Assembly: GCA_964019335.1 (NCBI GenBank)
Contig: OZ025728.1
Span: forward strand, 186,001-250,000
Length of the DNA: 64,000 bases
Source of the DNA: Diplonema japonicum
Taxonomy: Eukaryota > Protista > Euglenozoa: Diplonemea
Direction of reading: 5' to 3'
Positions 42,930 to 53,451 of this stretch are shown here, one piece after another (the stretch's first letter is position 1; each line of letters opens with the position of its first letter). Position numbers and translations under genes: made by a program. The notes below the pieces were generated by a model, which was not told where the DNA came from, made no database searches, and saw only the letters and a list, made by a program, of their open reading frames with translations.

Positions 42930-45900
42930 CCTGGAGTCCTAGTCTCGTCACCTCTTGGGGCCTCGGAACCGAAGAGTGGGTGTTTCCAGCCGCCTTGGGC
43001 GAAGAACTCCGACCACCACTGTTGCTGTACCGCGGTGTTCAGCCCCGAGTGCCATTCGTGAGACAACCGAAGACGTTCGGTGGTAGGCAACGCCTTGTGC
43101 GCAATCAGAAGAAGCTGTTCCTGGTTGGCGACGGTTGCCTGTTGGTCGGCAGTTCTATCCGTGTCACGGGCCTCGAGCAGCAGTTGATGTGGAGAGGTGT
43201 CCAGGTGCATCGGGAGGGGACCGACCGACAGGAGCTGACGCTGGTGTTCGTCCAAGAGCTCCGGGTGTCGCCGGAAGTAGACCAAGAGACTGAGGTATCG
43301 ATCCATCCGTCTCTGGAGGGCCCTTCGGTTGAGGGCTTCCTGATCAAAACCCTGTGACTGCTCGCGCAGGATGAGAAGATCCCCATCGCCTGTGGAGGAA
43401 CTCTTACCACGACGGCTTTCGTGCTCGTAAGCAGTGCCGTCGTGCTTCTTCTTGCGCGAGGGTCTGTCCGGGGAGTCCTGCGTGAGGTCGATCATTTCTA
43501 AACCACCATCCGCCTGGTGAGGGTCTAGGGGAGCGTCTGCCTCGGCTCGGGCCACGGGCGGCTCCAGGGTCAGCGTCGTGTCTCTCTGGGCGTTGACCAC
43601 CGGTTGAAGCGTCGCGTGTCCCATGGCGGGAGCCATCGGCGTATCCATCCCGAGTCCGATGTTCTCATGGACGGACTGGATGCAAGGAGTGAGCTGTACC
43701 TGGCGGGCGCCGAGGGGGGCGTCTGCCAGAACGGGCGTTGTCACGGCTCGGGCGAGCGATGACTCCACAGCCGACGTTGTCACAATCTGGGAGCCGACCA
43801 CTGGTTGGAGTGTCGCGTGTCCCATGGTAGACGACGGCATCGGTGTGTCACTCCCGTGTCCGGTGTCCCGACGGGTGGACTGAGTGCAGGCCGCGAGCTG
43901 GGTGGATGACACGTCCGTTGGCGGTGGAAGGCATGGTGTCAACCGAGGCTCAGTAACCGGCCGCCTCGACAGGGTCGCGCGGGGCGTCGGAATTTCGACA
44001 GACTTCGTAAGTCTGACCGCCGCGGCCGAGGGCGACCCCAGTCCGGCGTCCATCGGGGGCAGTCTACTGCTGGGAGGATCCGTCTGGAGCGTCGATGATA
44101 TCGAGAACAGTACAGGTGCTGTGACACGGTCCGTCTGACAGGTTGCGACTGCTGTCTGTGGTGTAGACTTGTGCAGACTCGAGACCTTCAGGAAGAGCGG
44201 GACAGTTCCGACCACGTTAGTCTGGCTTGCCGTAGACGTGGTGGTGACAGAGCATCCGGTGTGCACGGCTCGCGCGGCCACGGCGGCAGCTAGGGCTACG
44301 ATGGCGGTGGCGACGGGCCGCCCGAAGTGAGCGGTGTGCGCATCCACACCTGATGCGGCGACTCCTGTGTCGACCCGCCGGGTGCGTGCGGCATATGTAG
44401 CTATAGCTGCAGCTAGGGTGACATAAGTTAGGAGGGTGCGATCTTCCGGGGTGTTGAGAGCGGTCTCAGTCTTTCGCGCGCTCGAGTCGCTTACCTGGGG
44501 TGCCGCCGGGGTGATGACCGGCTCAAACTGGCGAAACTCAGCCTCAGGGTCTAGAACACGTGTGTTGTGTTTCCTGCCTGGGGTTGTCCTGGCCCACACA
44601 TCGTCTGGGATGCAGAGGATGTTGTGTTCGGAGTATGTCGCGCAGATGTGTTTGAAGCTCTGGAGCCTTAGCCGTACGTCGGTGTCTTTGACCATGTACC
44701 TTCCCTTCTTCCTGAGAGCGATGAACCAGTGGCCGCTGAGACTTCGTTTCAAGGGACCAACGATCAAGCAGGGGCTTTCTTTCATGCCCGCACGGAAGAC
44801 CTCCAAGTTTGCACCAACGACCATGAGGCAAGCACGTGACAAGGTCGAGCGGGAAAAGTTGCCAAGAGGATCGGGCGCTTCATCAGTGCTGGAAGGGGAG
44901 ATGAGTCGTGAGAAGCCGTGGTACATCTCCTGGATCTCCTGCATTGTAGAGAAGGGGATGCGGTCCACACCAGCATAGTCCGCCAACCAGTTTATGACGG
45001 CCCAGCCGCATTCCAGGCCCAGGCGACCTTCCCCGCTGTTGGTGTGCAGGTTGATGGGGGGCGAAAAAACCTGGTCCGTGACACCAGATGGTGAGACCAC
45101 GGAGGCTGCTCGGGGTTGTGACGGTTCGACAAGACCTGAAGAGCTGTCCGAGGAACTGTCCGAGGGCTCGTCTGAGGGGCCCCCCGAGAAGGCGACTGAG
45201 GAGACGACTGAGGAGTCAGCTGAGGAGTCGTCCGAGGAGTCGTCCGTGGGAAGCGCACGGGGTTTCTTGGGGCCTATGTACGTTTTTTCCGGCAACCAAG
45301 AATCTACCGGGGCTTTGGCGTCGTATCGGTGGAGGACTTGCGTGAAGAAGGCCAGCAGGTTGCTTTTCTCCATGGCGAAGCGTCGATCCACGCGTTCGAT
45401 AAGGAAGGCGTTGTACGCTTTCCGCAGGCCGCCCTTGTCGTGACCGCGATCTAGGAGCAGGTAGATCACTGAAGCGATCTCCCGTTTGAGGTCCGCGATG
45501 TTGTTGGTCAGGGCGCAGGCACGGATGACCATGCCCTTGAAGATGCCTGGTCCCTGGGTGGTGGGCGCCGCGGTGTGCCCGTGGGTGAACCGCGTAGGCC
45601 GGAAGCGCCAGTTCTGCGCCTTATCGTTAATGCTAAGTCTAATATAGTTGTGCTTAGCTTGTTCGTGGCGCTCTATCCGGATGCGAATCCCGATAAAGGG
45701 GACGTCGCATGGGTCTGAAGAGGTCTTTACATAAGCCATGCCATAAAGCTCCTCCGGGGGTGGCGCAGTGCTCCACAACAGGAAGTCGTCGATGTAGCGA
45801 CACGCGTTGCAGTAGCGTTTCAAGGTCTCCCAGTCCTCTTCGGCGAGGAGCTTGTCGATGTATGCGGCCTCCACGGCGTAGCAGAACAGGTTCGCCAGGT

Positions 45901-48900
45901 CGGGGGAGGCGTTCCCACCCATGGGGATACCCTTTACTTGACGAACAGCGCGGCCACCCTGCACAACATAGGTGTTGTCAACGACGAGGTCCAGGAGCTT
46001 ATGGATCCGTTCCGGGGTGTAGACATCGTCCTCGTCGGCATCTGTGAAGGAGCTCCCGTCCTTGCCACGGGTGAGGTTCTTGCCGGTAAAGTCGAACGCT
46101 TCTTGGACTGCTTTACGAACCCCCTCTTTCAGACGCTCTTGGTCGAGGTTGGTGTACATGTCCCGGAAGTCGTACGTGGCAGGGGACAGGCTTTTGTAAG
46201 CCGTGTACTGCTGCTTGATATCCGCAGCTACGTTCTCGGCCGAGTCGACGATCCAGTACCGCTTTAGTCGGATACCGTCGGGACCGTGGGTCTTGGACCT
46301 GCCCTCCAGATCCTTGTCCAGCAGCGCGCGTTGGACAGCCTTCAGGAGGGAAGACAGTTCTAGATGGAGGGCCGTGGTGGCAGCTGTGGGTTTCTTAGCT
46401 TTATTGCCCGTTGTATCGCCGCCTGCTGCGACCAAGTTCTCCATAATTTCCTGCGTGCTGACCGCTGCTGGTTGGTCCACAGGGGGTGCATCAGTGGAGG
46501 AGACACCAGAGATCCACCTGACGCCCACTTTGTCTTTGTGTAGCTTCAGGGTACTGAAATGGTTTTAAGTTAGGATGAAGAAGGTACCGTACAGGTATGG
46601 CATGCGACGTGTGGAATCGAGGTTGAAGGTCTTGGCTTGATCAGCTATTTCGGAGAAGATCGAGTCCAAGGGCTTCGAGACCGGCTCGAAAGCTTGGCTA
46701 TCAAGCTGTTGGTGCAGGATCCTGAGGTAGTGATCCTTGCAACAGACGCCAATGTCGTGGGTGCTTTTGTCTATGGGGAGGAAAACGTAGACCTCCTGAA
46801 GTTTCCGGAGCTTTGTCTTGATGAACTCCGGGACTGAGGGGTCGAAGACCGGAGACTGAGTGTGGGGGTGGAGAAGGTTCTGTGCCTTGGCGAGGAGGAC
46901 CTTCCGGAAGGAATCCTTTTTCACTGCAGGGGATCTCCGAAAGTTCTGAGTGATGAACCCGTTGATGTCCTCCTCGAGACTTTGGGAAGAGAGGAGGGCG
47001 TGTGTTGAGAGGCGGAACTTCATGCCTCTGTTCAGAACCTCCTTCACTTCGTCGTCATCGATGACCTCTGCTGCTAGTCCGCAGGCGTGTCCCTCATGTG
47101 TGTGTGAGGTCTTGCGCTTCGAGCAAGGGCAGTTTGTTGTAGGCTCGGCCGCTTCTGGACGCGGGGTCTCGATGCTGAGCTTCGTCACATTGCACACTGT
47201 GGCCTTGAGGGTTTGACCAAGCTTGTTGCACATGTGTACTCTGCGAAGGAGGGCTGGCTTGGGGCATGCCGCAATTACCTCCTTGTCCTCGAAGACCTTA
47301 CGCCAGAGGATCATCTCCTTGGCCTTGTGGTCAAAACTCGTTTTGAACCACACGAAGCCTTCGTCTCGGCGGACCACCTTTTTCAAGAGGGCAGGGCTGA
47401 GGCGGTTGGTGAGGCCTCGTTCGATAGCCGCTATCTTGGCGGTGAAGAAGTTCCCGACGAAGTAACGTCTCAGGAAGTTCAGGTACCTGAAGACGGTCTT
47501 GGGGGCCCAGGTAGTGAAGTCGTAGTTCAGCACATCGGGGTGTGCACACATCGCGGTGATCTTCATACACAGGGACTTGTAGTTGGACCCAGTAGCCTGG
47601 ATCGACAGCTCCCCGTCGTCGTTCAGCCGTATCGAGGGAGCGGTAGATCTGGTGGGGGTGTTGTTGGGGTTCGAAGGGGACGTAGTAGTGTTGCTGCTGG
47701 GGTCCTGTTTGGCATTCGAGCGCCCCTGGTGTTGGTGTCGCTGCTGTTGCTGCTCGCGTACCGTCTTAGGTTTACGTTTCGTGTTGCGGCGGCGACGGGT
47801 CTGCGTCTTAGCAAACCTACCACGCATGTTAAGGGAGCAAGCCAGCCTATTGATGTACTGGTTCTCCCTGGGGATCGCAACACGACGGAAGGACTTGGCG
47901 TCGTCGAAGAACTTGGGGTTGATCGATTCGACGGGGAAAGCGAATAACGGGCCCCCGTTTTCCCTGAGGGCCTTGTGAAAGCGGGTGTCGTTGCTTTCAG
48001 CGTTCTCTCTGTGCGATCTGGCGCTGCTCCAGTGGCCCTGCATACGACGACGTAAGGTGTTAAACGTCTGCCCTGCGTACACAGGTTCACCGTGTTTGTC
48101 GACAGCGAGGTAGATGATACCTGCTGCGTCCTGTTCGGGGGCCTTTCCTTGGCGCATGTTCTTTACGATGCGGCTGTACTTGGCCATGAACTTGGCGGCT
48201 GCGTCCTGGCTGAGAGACTCCCAGAGGGCCCAGTCAATGCTGCCGTTGTTTCGTTTGCAGCTGACCGGGCTAGGCTTGGAGATGTCCCGCGACTTCTTGA
48301 CTTGGTCCTTTGCCATTGTGCTAAGGAAGAAGTCCTTGCGGATCTCGTACCTGTTTTGATCTTTGCCCCAGCGGTTATCGTAGGCAGGTTGGTATCCGTG
48401 ACGATAAGCGGGCTGGGGGCCAGACCGGTGGTTCGGCCGGTGGGCCGGTTGAGGAGTAGTAGGCGTTTTCCGTAAGGTCTTGACGGGACGCGTCGGAGCT
48501 ACACCTTCGGTGAAACAGGCACGGACTCCATGGTGGTGTAGGAGTGCCTGCGTGAAGAGTGCATAGGGAATATGTGTGTCCCTGGTGGCGATCTCCAGGT
48601 GGACCTTTAGCACGTTGCCGTTTTGTACGACGTCACGTACGAAGAGGGCCTTTCGGACACCCGCACCATAGGCGTCACAGATGGTGCGGATGACTTCCTC
48701 TCTGGAGGGCGACCTGTTGATTGCACGGTAGTTGAAGGGGTGGGAGTTATATATGCGCGACTGACTATACTTCTTATAAGTGTTTGTTTTATTCGTTGTT
48801 GACGGAAAGGTATTGATCTTTAGGGGTGCATTTCCTGCGGCACGCCGCACCTGTGATGCGCGCGTGTCATAACGAGTTGGAAAGCGGCCGTAGGCGGGTC

Positions 48901-48907
48901 TCTTCAT
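42930..48907 (-). CDS. PLE-A polyprotein: GIY-YIG endonuclease, CxC linker, RT, Josephin-like protease, low-complexity/SIM region (interrupted by a 33-nt insertion)
   Basis: GIIYLAVDKHGEPVYAGQT (GIY-YIG), NCPCSK..H.HEGH (CxC), YDFRDMYTNL, QVKGIPMGGNASPDLANLF and RYIDDFL (RT). ORFs 46565-48907 and 42923-46528 are in one frame, split by the insertion at 46554-46586. Adding the 3' part from 13446-13959 gives ~2150 aa. Confidence 0.88.
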
Positions 48908-49969
48908 CGCTATGAAAATGCTTGATGCTTTAGAAAAACGGAGGGTTTCTACAAAGGTGGATTGGTTACCTGACTCCTAGCAGCAGTTTTATTTAGGACA
49001 GCTTTTAGAATGACAGTCACAAGTTGGTCAAAGCACTAGACGGGTTAGAGGACCGGGGACAAGGAGGTCTAGACATGTCATAATGAGCTGATGGTGGGTA
49101 TGAACTGCACCCGTTGCCGTAACGGGGTCCGACCGGAGTATTTCAACATGAGCCGAGTTGCCTACTGAGGGCTTTTTTTCCACCACTTTCCTGAGCGTGC
49201 AGGTTGGTCCTGTGCGAAGGACGTAGCCTGCGCGGGCAGCAAAGCTAACGAAGGGTTCTCCTTGTCTAGGTAAGAACGGGGGGGAAAAGGAATAGTTGGG
49301 TGCATAGAATGGATATAGGGCACTATATATATGTGCAAATATACGTTCAGTCATATAGCGCGGCTCACCTCATCAAAAAAACGTGCATGCCTTGCCTGTA
49401 TGTTCACCCGTGCAGTCAGGACTATCACTGCACGGTCGAGAGCTCCCCAGGGCCAGTTTACGAAACCTATCATCGCCCAACTAACGCCGTGTCTCGCATG
49501 GACCCCCTCTTTGACGTACAAGGGGCTGAGCGGATTTCTCAGGATGTAGGATGTAGAGGTGGGGAGTCTCTAGTTGTGCGGTCAAAAGGCATTTTATCAA
49601 AAACGGGCTTTTTTCGGAAGAAAGCCCTCGAAAACTTCGGCTTTCAACGACGAACGGGAGGAGATCAGTTTCGTATTTGGGTCTACATAAATGCGACCCT
49701 GCAGAGTGACCTACGGTGAAGTAAGTCCCCATTGTTGGTCGCTGGGGTTGGTACAGCAAAGCTGTGAGAAGTCTTAAAAACTAATCTTAAGAGTTAAAAA
49801 CCTGCAGAGCCTCTGGTTGCGTCTAAACGGCGCCCACAAGGTAGTGCAGTTAGAGGCAACTGAAATGGTTTTAAGTTAGGATGAAGAAGCGAAGAAATAG
49901 ATAAAAAGGGGTGGGAAAGAATAAATACTGCATACGAAAACAGAGAGTCGAGTAAAAAAGGGAAAAGGT

Positions 49970-50043
49970 GACTGACATCCTCAAGAGGAGCCTCCCACGT
50001 ACCAGGAATTAAGCAGAGGTTGCTTCCATGGCCCGTATCAGTC
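49970..50043 (-). ncRNA. Conserved structured RNA motif in the PLE pseudo-LTR (A copies also 13070, 30164, 38961; B copies 1622, 28609, 32746, 42818, 51530)
   Basis: Compensatory base changes between families A and B, and a C(UUCG)G tetraloop on the element-sense strand. Confidence 0.65.
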
Positions 50044-50085
50044 TATCGCCAGAAAGAATAATGAAAATAACATAACAAAGAGAAG

Positions 50086-51645
50086 GTCCAGGTGAGGGTT
50101 CCAGTCCATTGCTTTCAACAACTTGGCGTATTTGCTGCCGAACCGGATGGCGGCTAACTTGGAGCCTTCTACCCACTCGTTCCAGTCTGGAGTTCCGTTT
50201 TTCATGATGGGTTTGTCAGCTTCTTTGTTGAGTGGTTGGTGGCTCTTCCGGCTGCGGTACCTCTGAGCCTGCTTGTCCATGCCTCCAAGGAAGGGATCTC
50301 TACGGATCTCGGTCTTCTCGGCAGCGCGTCCCCAACGCACGCTCGCAACCTCGCGGTAACCGTCGGGAGCAGGGGTGGTCGCAGGACGATGGCGCAGGGA
50401 GAGTTCCTGCTTGAGCTGAAAAGCTGCCTTGAGCCCGTATCGTCGCGCGATTTCACGGGTGTAGGCGGCGTAGTCAGGGGCGTAGTCCTGTGTCTTCAGG
50501 GCTACGGTTATCATCAAAACGTTGCCAGCTGTCTTGATGTCGCGGAAGAAGAGGTGGTGCGAGACACTCTTCTTACTCACGGAAAGGAGCGCTTTTATAA
50601 CGTCGTCTCGTTTCGGAGACAAGCGCATATGGGGGGATGGTGGGGGTTTTTTCGCTGGTGGTGATTGTGGGTGGTAACCTTCTAGATTTTACCTTTGAAT
50701 GTGTGTTGTTAAGCCTAGGTTTTTAGGGGTAGGATGTGACCAGTTTCGATAAAAAGGCCCTCATCCAAACGGGCGGCCTCTCCCGTTTCCCCGTAAGAAG
50801 ATCAGAGGGTGGGGTGATGGGGTTATCCCTTTCGAGAGCGCCCCTCCGCGCTCCACGAATGCACGTACCACGGGCTGTCCCATCGTCCGTATAATACGTA
50901 CCGTGGGCCTGTCGTCGTCGAGGTGGTTTTGAACTAAGTGCCGACGACGTGACTGAACCGTTGTGCCAGACCTACACAACGTGGCTGCGTGTACCATTGG
51001 GGGTGCGCGCTTCCAGCTGGGAGACTACTACTAAGTAGAAGGAGAAGAAGGACAAGGTAAAAAGGGTGGAAGTCGAGATGCGGCGACCCCGCTGTCCTCA
51101 TCTACGAGGGTGAGGTCAGGCCCTCTGCCTTTTGGATGACGAGGCCGCATTGAGTGAAACACAGCGAATGATTTGTGGGGTGATGGGAATCGGGATCGGG
51201 AGGGGATAGTAAGGGAGAAGTCGTAGAATGCGTGAAAGGCTACCTTGCAGGAGAGCCTGGCTAGTCTCAGCTACCGTATGACGGGTAGGAGAGCCCCATC
51301 GTTGGTCTCAGGGGGTTGTGCAACGGGTGTCGCGAATATGTCAGCAGCGCGGCGCTGCTGGGCTTATAGTCTTCAGAGCCACTGGTCGCCTTAGAAGACG
51401 GAGTCTTAGAAGGACCCATGTGGTAGTGAAGTAAGAATCCCTTGGTAAACGTTCTTCTTCTTTCAATCGATTGTTATATGTACTTATAAAATGTAAAATA
51501 TAGCGCGCATTCGACGACACTGATCAAGCGACTGGCACCTTCCGAAGAAGGGCCTCCCACGTCCGCCGGGTTGAGCAGAGGATGCCCCGGGGCGGCCGTT
51601 CCAGTCTGATCATGTCGCACTATAATATATGTTCTCATCTCATCT
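50086..51645 (-). mobile_element. PLE-B 5' portion (pLTR, 5' UTR, ORF start)
   Basis: Essentially identical to 41372-42930 and ends at the same pLTR boundary (gttctcatctc). Confidence 0.9.
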
Positions 51646-53292
51646 CACCGTCGGCCCATGTCCTGTCCTGACCATCCTCGCCAGCTGCGTTCCTCCCCGC
51701 TGGAATTCACGCTCCAGTCTCCCCCTCCACGACCTCATCTTCTCGGATGCTGCCGAGGCCGCGAGGTTCCTTCCCACCGTGCTTTTCTCGCTTTCACTTT
51801 TTGCTTTTGTGGGCTTCGTGTTCAGAAAGCTTGTGAAGGTACTTCGTCACTTCCACCACATCGGTCTTCCCGGGGAGGGACCCGACATTCTCATTCACTC
51901 GCAGGTGTGCCTTGTGCACTTCCCGCTCTGCATTTGGCTGAGCTCTGAAATCGTCGAGCGCAGCCTTCTGACGTTCCTCGGACGTTCTCAGCTGTTGTGC
52001 CTGCTCGGCCTTCAGCCTTTCAATGGCGGCTATTACCGCGGTGTTGCGGCGGCTTGTTGCGCAGGAGGGTGTTGCTGTTGTTGTTGTAGCTGCATGCACT
52101 GGTATTTAACTCCTTCCAGTTCGTTCTGGAAACCTACCACGTAGTCCGGAACGTCTTTTTCTTCCTGCTCTCCCTTCTTCCTTTTCTTCTCTTTCATCCT
52201 CTCCCTGTGCGCCTGGCTGTCCTTCAGCAGCACACAGTTATCACGGTCAGCGCCGGATCGCTCGTTTTGATACCTCTCATAGTCCCATGATCCACCGATA
52301 GGGCCTTTGCTTTTTTTTTTTTTTTTTTTTTTTTTTTAATCAGACACATCCTGCTGGCTTGCCAAGCCCACCTCTCTCCCCTTCGTCTGTTGAGAGAGGC
52401 GACCAGATGTGCTTTTTGTTCCTTGAGTGATGCTTCGTGTAAAATAAGACCTGTGCCCCGTGGGGGTTCCTCGTCCACAGGTTTGGCAGGGGTGGCTATT
52501 ATGCTGTTTTTCTTTTGCTGTCTGTTTACTCTTACGCCTTCCCTTTGTCCTCTCCTTTATTCTCCCCCCTGATCCTGATCTTCAGAGGGGGTGCGGCTTC
52601 TTTGTCCACCAACATTTCTTGTTGGTCGTGCCTCGTGGAGGCGTCCGCACTGGTCTGATTCATTTTCTTAAAAGTTTATTATTTCTGTATCAGTCCACCC
52701 ATCTTTTTTTTTTTTTTAAACAACATGGAGAAGGCTTTTAACAACATAAACAAGGGGTAAAACTCTTAAGGGGTGTGAGGGAACATTCTAAACAATTGTC
52801 CCAGTAGAGACTTATCAAAACAGCCCAATTTGAACCTCTTGGTATATGTTCTTTTCTTTCAATCGATTGTTATATGTACTTATAAAATATAGCGCGCATT
52901 CGACGAGCCCAATTTGAACCTCTAGCATCCCGCTTCGGGCGAGCATTCGGACGTGGCGGACGTTATTACTCGAACGGACAGGGTAGTTAATTACTTTCGT
53001 TTTTTTATTTTATTTATTTATTATTATTTTTTTTTTTTTTTTTTTTGCTACAGCGGGTGCCGGACCCCTGCGTCTGATCGGTCGGTTTTTCATCGAAAAT
53101 GTGCAGCGTTCTCTCCCCCCCAGGGGCTATGCTGGAAACGCGTTTCTATGCATTCTTTGAAAAAAAAGGGAAACGGAAACGGACAACGTTTCCCTATTTT
53201 GGGGCCGTTTCCTTGGGGCAGAAACATAGCCGTTTCCATAAGAATTTTGAAAACATGGAAACGGAAACGCTTCCGCGTTTCCTGCCAGCAGC

Positions 53293-53329
<37 letters not shown>

Positions 53330-53451
53330 TGTTGTTTATTCATTTTTCAGCTTCGTCGGCGGATTAGTCGGTTCTGTGGTGGGGCGTCTGGTTGCTTCTT
53401 CCCGTGAATTCTGCACAATTTCTTCTTTTTCTTTTCTACAAAGTAAAGAAC

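Larger units (their letters stand above)
32656..42930 (-). mobile_element. Penelope-like element family B, full-length but degenerate copy with nested insertions
   Basis: pLTR 42730-42930, 5' UTR, GIY-YIG (GVVYVLVNSFGQPLYAGQT), CPC linker, RT (YDFKTMYSNL, QVRGIPMG), Josephin-like domain, P/T-rich repeat, 3' end at 32656. It has frameshifts, a deleted YxDD region, an internal inversion, and nested LINE and PLE-A pieces. Confidence 0.88.
42930..50086 (-). mobile_element. Penelope-like element family A, near full length (5' pseudo-LTR, 5' UTR, ORF; 3' end missing)
   Basis: pLTR 49860-50086 repeats the family-A 3' end (cf. 12960-13186). The ORF has GIY-YIG, CxC and PLE-type RT motifs. It is truncated at 42930, where a B pLTR begins. 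Confidence 0.9.

Noticed and set aside
49970-50043. Assignment of the pLTR motif to HDV-like, twister, pistol or SAM-I families
   Set aside because: It lacks the HDV J4/2 catalytic C, the twister UAA/L4 consensus and pistol connectivity. SAM-I-like words occur in only one family each.
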